64,000 bases of DNA. It comes from an uncultured virus (IMG/VR IMGVR_UViG_3300030116_005269). Taxonomy: Duplodnaviria > Heunggongvirae > Uroviricota > Caudoviricetes. Made by a program: the position numbers and the translations under genes. Positions within the stretch are counted from its first letter, which is position 1; each line of letters opens with the position of its first letter. Below the pieces are notes generated by a model. It was not told where the DNA came from and did not search any database. It worked only from the letters and a program-made list of their open reading frames with translations. The stretch spans positions 1-64,000 of the IMG/VR virus record IMGVR_UViG_3300030116_005269; one strand, written 5' to 3'. Shown here piece by piece: positions 29,935 through 40,700 of the stretch.

Positions 29935-31115
29935 TATTCACCCATATTTATATTTTCAGTTTGCGTACTACCGTTTGCTAAGGTACTTGTAAAAACTAGG
30001 GACTTACCGTCACTTGTGGGTGGCATAATTATTCTGGACAATGTACTGCCATCCGACTGCAAAACTTCAATAGCTCTTGTACTCATAGCTACCGTACTTC
30101 CACCACCATTGACGGTCGCACTAGTTGTCACCGGAATAAAGTGATTTTTAAGCGGTACACCACTTGCACCACCGCTTTTCAACGATAAAGGCATTTTACC
30201 ACTATGACTATGAGTTATAGGTATCTTGGCTTTGAGCGTGACAGTTTTTGCAGAAGTATCTGTCAAAATGTCTAACGATCCGTCCCTAGTCACAACTCCT
30301 GTCGGGTCTGTGGAAGTTTCTAAATTTAATGTATCACTAGTTGATCCTGCACTAATTGTTGATTGATTTGGTGCGCCAACGCTAGCAAATATATTTTGGC
30401 TACCACCACTACCACCTGCACTAGATATAGTAATTTTATCATTGTTAGTATCGGTGGTAAGAGTTATCCCTGAGCCTGCAACAAATGTCAATGTGTCTGT
30501 TTCGCTATCAGCCTCAACATTTGATCCACTAGCAGATCCAGATCCTGCTTGTACACCAAATTGAGAAAAAGCATTTGCTGCGGTATTTGTGTTAGATATA
30601 GTTATTTTTTTAGGACTTGCGGAGGTATTAGTTGTTAAAGATATACCCGATCCTGCTTCAAACTCTACATTTTCGCTAGTTGATGTGGCTGATATAGTTG
30701 TCTGTCCATTTACTTGTAATCCTGCAAAAGCGTATTGTGCCGTTGCGGGTGAAGTCCAAGATATATTACCTAAACCGTCTGTTGTTAAAACTTGTCCACT
30801 ATCACCGTCGTCACCATTGATAAGCAACTTACCTGATTTTATATTTATTCTACCGGTGGAGTCTATTCTTAGTGCTTCTGTAGAAGCTGTACCAAAAGCT
30901 ATATGTGTACCTGTTGAAGTTGTAGCAATAGATAGATTGCTATCAGATACGACGGATTGTCCATCTAAATATAAATTAGCAGCTGCGGAAATAATTTGTA
31001 CAGTTGCATTTGATAGTGTAAATCCCTCACCAGAAGAGGATGTGTCAAAAAAGTTATCTTGTGAGCTTAAATTGTTTATAGATAATGAACTTCTACTATG
31101 AGTTGTTAACGACAC
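29934..31115 (-). CDS. tail fibre/minor tail protein
   Basis: GQVLTTDGLGNISW; DTLTFVAGSGITLTT repeats. Confidence 0.7.
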   Translation of the reverse strand: MSLTTHSRSSLSINNLSSQDNFFDTSSSGEGFTLSNATVQIISAAANLYLDGQSVVSDSNLSIATTSTGTHIAFGTASTEALRIDSTGRINIKSGKLLINGDDGDSGQVLTTDGLGNISWTSPATAQYAFAGLQVNGQTTISATSTSENVEFEAGSGISLTTNTSASPKKITISNTNTAANAFSQFGVQAGSGSASGSNVEADSETDTLTFVAGSGITLTTDTNNDKITISSAGGSGGSQNIFASVGAPNQSTISAGSTSDTLNLETSTDPTGVVTRDGSLDILTDTSAKTVTLKAKIPITHSHSGKMPLSLKSGGASGVPLKNHFIPVTTSATVNGGGSTVAMSTRAIEVLQSDGSTLSRIIMPPTSDGKSLVFTSTLANGSTQTENINMGE

Positions 31116-31353
31116 CTTTTATCTCCTGTCTATCGTAAGTGCCACCTAGATCTTCATACTTTTTGTACAGAACTTCTAAGTTTTTTCTATGCTCTTTGTA
31201 TTCATACTCCCACTCAACATAATCAGGGTGATTCTCTGGTAGTTTCACAATTTCTAAATCCAAAACTGCTACTTCTGTTGCAAGTATTTTTTGTAATGTA
31301 TATCTTCTTTTGAATATATCGTCAATTACTTTAAATTCGTGTGATTCAGCCAT
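31096..31353 (-). CDS. small helical hypothetical protein
   Basis: ORF track; GGAG RBS. Confidence 0.6.
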   Translation of the reverse strand: MAESHEFKVIDDIFKRRYTLQKILATEVAVLDLEIVKLPENHPDYVEWEYEYKEHRKNLEVLYKKYEDLGGTYDRQEIKGVVNNS

Positions 31354-31410
31354 AGACTCCCTAGTAATACTTATATATTACTTAGTGAAATTTTGATTTA
31401 AGGTTTTTGG

Positions 31411-31605
31411 TTAAGCTTGAAGTTCAAATAATTTTGCTTTTAATTTAGTGATACTGTTATTAACAGTAGTAATGTCTGCTTGAATACCTACATCTTCTTG
31501 ATCAGCAAGCTCAAGTTCAAACATACGCTCTTCTTCTTTTTTGAGTCTTGCTTGTACATAAGCTATTTGTTCTTCATTTGTTAAATATTCGTAAGTGTGT
31601 GGCAT
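31411..31605 (-). CDS. small coiled-coil protein
   Basis: ORF track. Confidence 0.6.
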   Translation of the reverse strand: MPHTYEYLTNEEQIAYVQARLKKEEERMFELELADQEDVGIQADITTVNNSITKLKAKLFELQA

Positions 31606-31614
31606 AATTAAATA

Positions 31615-32379
31615 CTACCTATCTTTTTTAAATCTTTGAGTAATTGCTCTATACGAGTTTTTAAATTTAGAATTAAGTTCACTTTTCTCAACTCTATCTA
31701 AATCTATATCTTTTTGTGTCATTTGATCAACCTTAAAATCCCAATCATCTCTTTTAAAAGGTATGACTTGTATAAAAGGCGTTCCTCTGTCTATGACTAC
31801 ATCTTTTGTTGAGTGCCATATTGTAGGAAAGTTTATGTGGTGATAGTGATCTGTTTCTACTATTCCGGGTAATACGGTAAATCTTTTTTCAAATTGATAT
31901 ACAGGTTGCATAAACAATACTGAATATCCGGGTGGTGTATATATACGCCACGGGTTGTTAAATTTTACACCCTCTTTAAAATCAGTTTTCTTTAAAGGCC
32001 AATTATATATTTGTTGGGTAGAGTGAAAATCTATTCCGTATTGTGCCATACCTTTGTTATCCCACTCTAAAGTTTCCATATCTCTTTGAACTAAAAAGTC
32101 AGCCCACATTGGAATAATAAAACCCTGAGTTATTAGATCGACAATAGCAGGACATCTTTTGACCGTACCACCACTCCACTTAATAGCCGTTTCTTTTGAC
32201 TTTCCAAAGTAATTTGGTTTACCTTTTTCGTGGACAGCGTCTTGAGTTATGTATTCGTCCATATCTCTAAACCATTTTGGTAAGAAAAATTTAGATGGTT
32301 TTATACGCGCATATTGTTCAAGACCGGCTACATCCGTCTTAAATTCTATAAACTTGTTTCCCCCCAGATCAAATTTCAA
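31615..32379 (-). CDS. DUF6065-like / dUTPase-fold-like protein (paralog 3)
   Basis: KRCPA..GFIIPMW, KFNNPW..TPPGYS, LPGIVETD, RGTPFIQVIPFKR. Confidence 0.6.
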   Translation of the reverse strand: MKFDLGGNKFIEFKTDVAGLEQYARIKPSKFFLPKWFRDMDEYITQDAVHEKGKPNYFGKSKETAIKWSGGTVKRCPAIVDLITQGFIIPMWADFLVQRDMETLEWDNKGMAQYGIDFHSTQQIYNWPLKKTDFKEGVKFNNPWRIYTPPGYSVLFMQPVYQFEKRFTVLPGIVETDHYHHINFPTIWHSTKDVVIDRGTPFIQVIPFKRDDWDFKVDQMTQKDIDLDRVEKSELNSKFKNSYRAITQRFKKDR

Positions 32380-32558
32380 TCGAATGTACCTCCCGCGTCT
32401 ATAAACGATTGCTTTAAAGTTTCTAGTTTAGTTTCTAAGTCAGTTGTATCTTCTCCACTTTCTACTGCTAATCTATGTGCCTCTTCATACATAAAGATTT
32501 GACCTTTATAATACTCAGAGTCTTTAGACTCTTCTTCTAAATTATATTCGTATGACAT
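32376..32558 (-). CDS. small acidic protein
   Basis: ORF track; TAATG overlap. Confidence 0.55.
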   Translation of the reverse strand: MSYEYNLEEESKDSEYYKGQIFMYEEAHRLAVESGEDTTDLETKLETLKQSFIDAGGTFD

Positions 32559-35500
32559 TAGCCCTCTAACTCATCTACTCTTGCTTGTAATACTTCTATC
32601 TTAGCTGATAATTGTTGTACTGATTTAACTAAAGGTCCAATAAATTGTTGCAAGTCTAATGTTTGTATATCTTCAAATAAGTCATTATCAGTTGCATCTT
32701 TATATCCTAAACCACCAAAAGCATTGTTTGAACTATGATTTGCAAGAGTAGTAGCTCTTACTTCTTGTGCTATAAATCCATGTTTAGTTTTTAAATATTT
32801 ATCTTTATTTGGATCATCATCTTCAAATAAATTATCTGCTGAGGCATTTGTATATTGAAAATCTACAGGTCTTAAAGCATTAATATAATCAAGACCAAAT
32901 GTAGTTTCTGTAATATTTTCTTTTAACCTTTCATCCGAGCCACCATGATAAAGATTCAAGTGAGCAAAAAAATCAGCGTTATTAGCTTTATTACCTAAAC
33001 CGTGTGCATTGTTGCTACCTGTGTGTGAGTTTATACCGTGTGCGTTATTGCTATTTGCGTGAGTTCCGGGCGTTGCAGTTCCTGAATTATTACCTAAAAC
33101 TAAATTAGAAAATCCATAGTTTTGGTTATGAGCGCTGTTATCGTGACTATTTGGATTCATAGTATTACCGTGTTGATGGTTTGAATTTGTTAAATAATTA
33201 TTAGGTATGCTTGTTAAAAAACCTGAGTGGCTGTGATTATTGTTTGACAAAACTGTACCAGAGTTTGGAAAACTTAAATTACCGTGACTATGACCTGAAG
33301 TACTTTGCCATGCTAATCCTGTAGCTGTTTTTGTTATAACATCACCTGTACTTCCTGATGTACTACTAAATTGTAGATCGGATGTATGAGGAATATTTAT
33401 AGTAGGCGCAAATGTTCCAGATGCCTGTCCCATAAACTCTATTTCATTTGCGTTAAGTGTTAGTTTTGCTTGTGCGCCAGAACTACCGGCTCTAAGTATT
33501 AAATTATCGTTAGAAGCAACTGACTCAACTAGAAAGTCATTATTAGCAGCGTTTATTTTACCTGTAGTTGAGCTACCATAAACAAAAAACAAAGTAGGAC
33601 CACCAAGTCCACCAAATTCTACTCTATCATTTCCAGAGCTAGACTTGAACTCTCCTGTAGCACCTGCAACTAAACTTGTATCAACTGTTCCACTAATAGT
33701 TCCTCTAGCTGTCACATCATTAAAAAAAGCATCACCATCTGATTCAATTCTAAAACCTGCACTAGAACTATAATTTGTAGTTCTTATATTGTCACTATCA
33801 ATAGTTATTCCACCTAAACTTCCACTATCAATAGCTTCCCCATCTGTGTATGGTGTAAAATTAAGTTGACCTGTTGTTATTGTAGAAGCAGCTATTTGAC
33901 TTGCGGTGATAGAGTTAGCTGTAATTTTACCGCCGTCAATAGTCGTAGAGTTTGAGTTAACATCACTAGCTGCACCACCAACATTTAACTTACCTGATAG
34001 GTCAAGTCTTGCTGCGTCAATAGTACCCGCGTCTATATCTGCGGCGTGCAAACTTCCTCTAATAGTTGCATTTTGAAATTCTGCACTTCCATCCGAATTA
34101 ATTTTCCAACCGGCTGATCCTGTTGAGTAGTTAGAAGATCTAATACTAGAATCATTGCCTGTGTCACCACTTACATTTAAAATTATTTCTTGACCGGATA
34201 TTGTACCTGCTGTTATTTTGTCTGCTGATAAATCGGCCACTTTAGCATTAGTAATAGCAGCATTAGCTATCAAAGCATTTGTCACGGCTAAGTTAGATAT
34301 ATGAGATGTTTGTATTAATTCTGCACTACCACTTTGTTCGTCACTAGGCTCACTTTCATTACCTGAAGTATCAACAGCTGTGACTCTAAAGTAATGAGTA
34401 TCTGCATTGTCTAAATCTATATAACCAACAGCAGCTATACCATTTCTTATATGAGCTGAAGTAGCCACTAATTCACCTATTTTAAAACTAGAGTTTGTGA
34501 CTTTTTTAGTAGTTGAGTTGTAATTTAAGTTAAAACCTGAAGTTGTAGATGCATATATGTTTAAGTGATCAATATCTTTTGCTAGTGTGAAATTAACAAC
34601 AGGGCTAACTGCATTTCCATCACTATCTTTAGCTTGACCAAGATTATGTATAAATTGGACTCTTAATGGATTAGAAGCTATTGTCGCAAATCCGTCTGGT
34701 TTATTAGGTGCGCCTGCGTCAGCCGGTGTTTGTACAGAAGTTATAGTTGCAAAAGAACTATCAAATCCTGTAAGGTCAACGGCTTGAACACCTGCCTCGT
34801 AAAATGTATTTGGTGATAAATCGTAAATAATAAATTCAGTAGTAGAAAAATCAACTGTTGAATATATATATTCCGTGACTTGAGTATCGTTTTCGTCAAG
34901 AATATTATTACCGTCAGTATCTTGTATTACTCGCCATCTAACTCTATAAAATGATCCGTCGGTAATTGTTGACCCGTCACTATTTGTAGGTTGTGTCCAA
35001 TTTAATTTTAAAAATGCTTTTGATACACCATTACCATCCGAATAAGTACCCGCTACTTCTGTAAGACCTGAAGGTTGATTTGGTACTGATTTATCAGGTG
35101 AGCCAACAGCGTCTAAAGTATAGCCACTCATACTTAAGCTTTCACCCATAGTAGGTGCGACATCTCCAACTTCTAGTTGTACATCTCCGTCCTCAAAAAT
35201 ACAATAGTCAGTAAGTTCTGTATAGTTTCCGTCTTTATCTCTATAAAAAATTCCGTAGCCCTGTTTAATAGGCCAAGTAATACCTAATATACGAATCTTT
35301 GTAGGATTAATTACTTGTCCCTGATATACGGTTTCAAATAAAGCAGATCTTCCGTCCGCTACTCTATCTACTTCGTTGTCAATAAATCCTATGTCCGGAT
35401 CAAAAATAAATATTTTGTCGCCAACTACAAAGTCGCCCGATATGTCATATTCCTCTAACGATACATTTAAAGTTTTCTTTAATGTATTTAGTTCATTTAG

Positions 35501-36358
35501 ATATGAAGTAGCCCTATCGGTTTTACTACTACCCTGTGTTTGAGGGTCGCTTATGTATTGAACTCTTGATAAAGCACCACCAAATAAATCTTTATACGGA
35601 TTACTACTTACACTAGCACTACCAATATTTGCTTCTGCACCATACTTACTAGCTACTAGTTCTACGGTATCAACAAATTCGCTTGCGTCATATTGAGCAA
35701 CTAAAGAAGTTGTTGCAATACCAGATATATTAGGATCTTCACCACTAGCACCTCTAAATATTATTGCAGTTGGATCAGCACTATGACCACTAAATAGTGA
35801 GCTTGTAGGTCCGGCATCTAAAAAACCTTTTTGATTAACTTTAAATTCTACACCCAAATCTTGACATACATACTTTATAGCTTTTAGTGCGGACTCGGTA
35901 TAGTGCTTACCTGTGTATGTACCACTTGGCTCAGTAATTGTTCCCTTTCTAATAGGACCTTGATTACCACTTTCATCTCTAAGAAGTCCTTTTGGTGAGC
36001 CGGTATGGTCTAAAACATTTTCTAAAGTTGAAGCGTTATAAGACCTAACGCCACTAGGACCACCGGTTTGTGCAATAGGCATACCTGTTGTATCGCTAGT
36101 ACCTAAATAAGCTATAAGACCCTGTCCATTTATTGATACAATTTCGTCGTCACCAAGTTCTAAAGAATATACTATACCTGTATATTTTGAGGCATCTAAT
36201 AAAGTGGAGTCACTAAATTCATTAACATTAAGATCTCCGGGAACAATAACTATATGACCCCAAGCATCAATTTTATTAATAACTGTATTTGGTGTTGTGT
36301 TCTTGTTTAGTTGTAAGTTAAATGACCCTGCAGCCATTAACTTCTCGGTCACGCTCAT
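32558..36358 (-). CDS. central tail/tail-tip protein with FN3 domains and C-terminal S74 intramolecular chaperone
   Basis: YFRVTAVDTSGNES; ITNAKVADLSADKITAGTI; SDERLKENI...LRPV..HGFIAQEV...LVKSVQQL. Confidence 0.85.
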   Translation of the reverse strand: MSVTEKLMAAGSFNLQLNKNTTPNTVINKIDAWGHIVIVPGDLNVNEFSDSTLLDASKYTGIVYSLELGDDEIVSINGQGLIAYLGTSDTTGMPIAQTGGPSGVRSYNASTLENVLDHTGSPKGLLRDESGNQGPIRKGTITEPSGTYTGKHYTESALKAIKYVCQDLGVEFKVNQKGFLDAGPTSSLFSGHSADPTAIIFRGASGEDPNISGIATTSLVAQYDASEFVDTVELVASKYGAEANIGSASVSSNPYKDLFGGALSRVQYISDPQTQGSSKTDRATSYLNELNTLKKTLNVSLEEYDISGDFVVGDKIFIFDPDIGFIDNEVDRVADGRSALFETVYQGQVINPTKIRILGITWPIKQGYGIFYRDKDGNYTELTDYCIFEDGDVQLEVGDVAPTMGESLSMSGYTLDAVGSPDKSVPNQPSGLTEVAGTYSDGNGVSKAFLKLNWTQPTNSDGSTITDGSFYRVRWRVIQDTDGNNILDENDTQVTEYIYSTVDFSTTEFIIYDLSPNTFYEAGVQAVDLTGFDSSFATITSVQTPADAGAPNKPDGFATIASNPLRVQFIHNLGQAKDSDGNAVSPVVNFTLAKDIDHLNIYASTTSGFNLNYNSTTKKVTNSSFKIGELVATSAHIRNGIAAVGYIDLDNADTHYFRVTAVDTSGNESEPSDEQSGSAELIQTSHISNLAVTNALIANAAITNAKVADLSADKITAGTISGQEIILNVSGDTGNDSSIRSSNYSTGSAGWKINSDGSAEFQNATIRGSLHAADIDAGTIDAARLDLSGKLNVGGAASDVNSNSTTIDGGKITANSITASQIAASTITTGQLNFTPYTDGEAIDSGSLGGITIDSDNIRTTNYSSSAGFRIESDGDAFFNDVTARGTISGTVDTSLVAGATGEFKSSSGNDRVEFGGLGGPTLFFVYGSSTTGKINAANNDFLVESVASNDNLILRAGSSGAQAKLTLNANEIEFMGQASGTFAPTINIPHTSDLQFSSTSGSTGDVITKTATGLAWQSTSGHSHGNLSFPNSGTVLSNNNHSHSGFLTSIPNNYLTNSNHQHGNTMNPNSHDNSAHNQNYGFSNLVLGNNSGTATPGTHANSNNAHGINSHTGSNNAHGLGNKANNADFFAHLNLYHGGSDERLKENITETTFGLDYINALRPVDFQYTNASADNLFEDDDPNKDKYLKTKHGFIAQEVRATTLANHSSNNAFGGLGYKDATDNDLFEDIQTLDLQQFIGPLVKSVQQLSAKIEVLQARVDELEG

Positions 36359-37590
36359 GTCTTTACTAACCTCACAACTTCATATACATTGTCAAGATAT
36401 TGATCTCTAATCTTGTCTGCTGTATCGATAGATGTGGCGTTAGTTCCCCCAAACTCATAACCTATAAATGCTTTTAATGTAGCTGTGCTTGAGGTGGAAT
36501 TAATACCACCATTTGTAGTATCGACATCAAAATTTTGTGGTGAGCCTAAAACAATTCTATTACCTTCGCTGTCATTATTTGTTTCGGTGGCATAGCTAGT
36601 ATTGTCTGTATAGCCAACAGTACTAGTAGGTTTAATATTAAATTGTGCTGACGACCATTGAGTTGCGACAATGCTAAAGTGTCTTGCACCTCTCTTAAGT
36701 GTCACATCTAAGGTAAGTCTTTGATCTTTATTAGTTGCGTCATAATAACTTGTTAATCTTACTGTTGCGCACTCCGGCTCATTTTTCAATATTTGTACTG
36801 ATCTCCACCCCTGCCATTCTGTTTCGCTAACTCCTCTTGATATAGCAAATGTTTCGTTTGATTTATAACCGTCTGTGTCATAACAAAATATATTGAATCT
36901 TGATTGGGTAGTAGTGTTGTCAAATGTCATTTTGACTAATCCATTTTGTAATATTGTCGAGGCTGCTGAGTGATTGGGTGATTCTAAACCGCACCTTAAT
37001 CTACTTACATCGTCAACCCCGTCGGTAAATACTTCACAAGCATTTTTGTAAAAATCGGCAGGATCAACTAAATATTTTGCATTATAAGACCTAATGTCAC
37101 TTGCATATCTAACTATGGTTGTTCCGTTTGCACCGACTCTTTCAAAATTGCTTGGGGTATTACTATGGCTATGAGCGTAAGAATCTACAGGTCCCGCATA
37201 AAATTGAGTTGTGCTTGAAGTTATAGAGTGGTCGTTTTCTATAATTCCACCACTAAATTGGCTTTCAAATTCTAGTTCACCCATATTACCTAACCAAAGC
37301 ATATCTATTGAATACTCGTAGCCACCAACAGTCACTCTACTTGTTTCTACACCCGCACCGTTGACTTTGACATATCCAGACATAGAGCTGTCACCTTCCC
37401 AAGTAAATGGAACTGTATAGTAGCCATTTGCACAAGCAAGTAATTCATCTCTTAAATACTTAATTTCATCAACAGTATTTGGTACAAATGTGCCGTTAAT
37501 TGATAAAGTATGATCAGATCCTGATCTGTTGTCACTTAAAGTAGCAGGTGAGGTAAAAGTTAATCTACCTATTGTTATTGTATTAGCCAT
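36355..37590 (-). CDS. minor tail protein (distal-tail position)
   Basis: Position after the tape measure; beta-rich. Confidence 0.6.
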   Translation of the reverse strand: MANTITIGRLTFTSPATLSDNRSGSDHTLSINGTFVPNTVDEIKYLRDELLACANGYYTVPFTWEGDSSMSGYVKVNGAGVETSRVTVGGYEYSIDMLWLGNMGELEFESQFSGGIIENDHSITSSTTQFYAGPVDSYAHSHSNTPSNFERVGANGTTIVRYASDIRSYNAKYLVDPADFYKNACEVFTDGVDDVSRLRCGLESPNHSAASTILQNGLVKMTFDNTTTQSRFNIFCYDTDGYKSNETFAISRGVSETEWQGWRSVQILKNEPECATVRLTSYYDATNKDQRLTLDVTLKRGARHFSIVATQWSSAQFNIKPTSTVGYTDNTSYATETNNDSEGNRIVLGSPQNFDVDTTNGGINSTSSTATLKAFIGYEFGGTNATSIDTADKIRDQYLDNVYEVVRLVKT

Positions 37591-37702
37591 TTCTTAACCT
37601 ACACTTTGGACACACTTGATGACTACCCATTTGATAAAAGTAGTCACTACAACCTTCATTTTGACAATATACCATTTTTTCTACTTGTTTATTGTCAAGC
37701 AT
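37583..37702 (-). CDS. 39-aa zinc-finger-like protein
   Basis: Manual: MLDNKQVEKMVYCQNEGCSDYFYQMGSHQVCPKCRLRNG; TAATG coupling to the tape measure stop. Confidence 0.55.
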   Translation of the reverse strand: MLDNKQVEKMVYCQNEGCSDYFYQMGSHQVCPKCRLRNG

Positions 37703-40700
37703 TATCGACCTCTAATACCTGTACCTACTAGTCCTTCTTTGTCTAGTTTGACTAGTGCTTTTCTAATTTCTATTGCTGCTTTTCTTGCTTGCATAGGATC
37801 GCTTGGTACACCGGTCACATTAACATTTAAGTTTTGCACAACTAGACTACTACCTCTTGTATCGCCTAATGGCGTTATGTCAACACCACCGCCCGGTATA
37901 GCTCTAATTAATTCTGGTCCATACTCACCAACAAGACCCATACCACTTCCTAAAATTCCGCCTTTGTAATAACCTTTGATTCTTCCACCTGCTGCACCAT
38001 TTGGTAATCCTGCAAACCCCGGTGCTTCTCCAAATAGTTGTGCGTTAAACTTTATACCTTTTGATGCATTTGATCGCACACTATCTATACCTGCGTTAGC
38101 TGCATTTATTACAGCCATAACATTGCTACCGTCAGCGTTTATTGTGATAGTTTCCTGTTCAATAGCTAAGTTTGTGTCAAAGAATTTTTGTGCAATCTTA
38201 TCAACCTCGCCACCAAACTTCATACCTAATGTTTGTGCTAACTCGTCAGTTTTATTTGTTATGTTATTTATGATCTCCTCGTCAACACCTAGAGCTGATC
38301 CAAGCTCTTTAAATATTGTTATAGCCTCCGGTCCTGCTTGTAGCAACTGAAAGGCTTGCATACCCATATTGAATTGATTTTCGGCTGCTCTAATGTTTGC
38401 GTCTTGTATCTGTTCGTCAAGAGTTTGCAATCTATCGGCTCTAGCGTTTTCAGCTTTAGATAATTGTTCTTCAGCTAATTGATATTCCGCTAAAGATATA
38501 GTCCCCTCTTCGTAAGCAAGTTTTAAGAAATCTCTTTTTGCTGTAGCCTCTTCAATATCTTTTGTCATTGCGGCAGTATTACCTTTTAATAACTTACCTC
38601 TTTCTTCAAGAAGATCATTTAATTTTTGTTCTTCTCTTAATGCACTTCTTTGTGCGCCGAACATACTAAATTGACTACCAAAGGCAGAACTCATAGCGCC
38701 CATTGCTTCACTTACAGATTGTTTCATAACATCTAATAGGTCGATCATTTTACCTTTGAAAGACATTTCAAGTTCTGGATATGAACTCTCAATACCCTCT
38801 GCAAAACCAAGCATTAAGAACTCACCCATTTCTTTTGTAATTCTTGATGGTGAGCCAAAACCACCGGCTTCGTAAGCAGCGTCAAGAATACCCTGCATTA
38901 CTTTTTTAACAGCCTCATAAGACTCGGGGGCTTCATCATTAAGACCATTGATAAACCCTCTTACATAATCTTGTCCCATTTCGTAAGTTTTATCTTGTGC
39001 TTCTTGACTTAGATCTCCTGTTTTTTCAAACAATGCGTCTTTAAGTTCATTTGATTCACTAAGACCTAATGACTCAAGCATCATTTCTCTAGCATTTAAT
39101 TGATCGGTGTTAGCAATAAGATTTGCTAATACTCCTGCAAACTCTGGTCCTAATTGTGAAAATTCTAAAGCTACATCGTCAAACCCACGATCTTTTAAGA
39201 ATTGTATTTGTTTTTCAAAGACTTCTCTTAATTGTATTTTTTCCGCCAAAGCTCTATTTACATCTTCGGCTGAAGTGGTTGCTAAGTCACCTAATTGGTC
39301 AAGAGCGCTAAATAGTTGTTCACCACCACTTTTAACATTTGCAGCAATTCTTTGGAATATATCTTCGGTTTCTTCTATTTGTTCAGTAGTACCGTCAAGT
39401 GCATTAGCTCTTTCTTTTTCGGCTTCAATAGCAGCCATAGTTTGTTCAAGCATAACTCTTTGAAAATCGTGTTCTATTTCATAAATACCTAAACGACGCA
39501 TAGCTTCTGCTTCAAGAGCTTTGGTTTTTCTTTCCTCTAAGTACTCCATACCCGGAAGTAATCTCTTAGCTAATTGTTCTTGGGCTAATAAAAATTCTAG
39601 ATCTGCATCAATTATGTCACTTTGATTTCTCATATAAATTTCAAAGTTTCCATTAACAATAGCGTTGTATAATGGGTGTGCTTCTTCAGGTGATAAAATT
39701 ACTCCAGATTGTGATCTAACAATTTCTATAATTTTTTGTATTGCTTCGTCGCCACTTATGACACCATCCGCAATTTCTCTTAATTGTCTTTGATATTCAC
39801 CCGCCATCGCGTGTGGATCAATATTGTTAAATACTTGTTTCATTAATTGGGCTTGTTCAATAGTTTCTTCTAAATCACCAATGAATTGTTTTCTTTCAAA
39901 ACTATTTCCCATTAATCCTTCGACAATAGTATCTTCAAGCCTTAGTTGTTGTCCAAAATCCATGCCCTCAATAACTTTTTGAAAGTCTTGATTTGCTTTT
40001 ATTACAGCTCTCAATGTAGATTCTGTGACCTCACCATTTTCGCCAAAGTACTCAAGTTGTCTGTTAAGTTGTTCTTGCGCACCGGCTGCGGCTGCTGTTT
40101 TAGTTCCTAATACACCCATAAGAACACCGATAGCTGTGAGAGTTGCTCTTATAGGACCACCAACAAAGAATAATAATGCTTTCTGTAATCTTGCAATTTG
40201 TGTAATTGCAAAACCTATAACGGTAGCAAAGCTAACCATAGCCATTTCAAGAGTTTGTAGAGCTTGCTCGGAAGCAGTAAGACCTAAAATAAATTTTTGT
40301 ATAAAGTTGTTTACATCTTGAACTTGAGGTAATAATTGCTCACCAATTTGGTTTTGTAATTCCATAAAAGCATTTTTAGTGACCTGTACCTGTGACTCTA
40401 AAGTTTTATATCTTTTAATAGACTCTTCGGTTAATGCAATGTTCTCTTCAAAAGCTTTGTTGGCCGTTTCTCTTGTATCGTTTAATAAACCTTCTGCTTC
40501 TGCTAAACCTAAAATAGCAAGCATTGTTCTTCTTTGTGCTAGACCTAACTTGTCTAACATACTAATTACATCTTGTCCTGACTCGTTTAACTTACCAAGT
40601 CCCTCTATAAAAGCTTGAGCACCAAGAGCAGGATCATCTTGAAAAAATTGTTTAAATGCTTCTTCGGTAGTCCTACCAGACGCTTCTGCTATTTTTCCAA

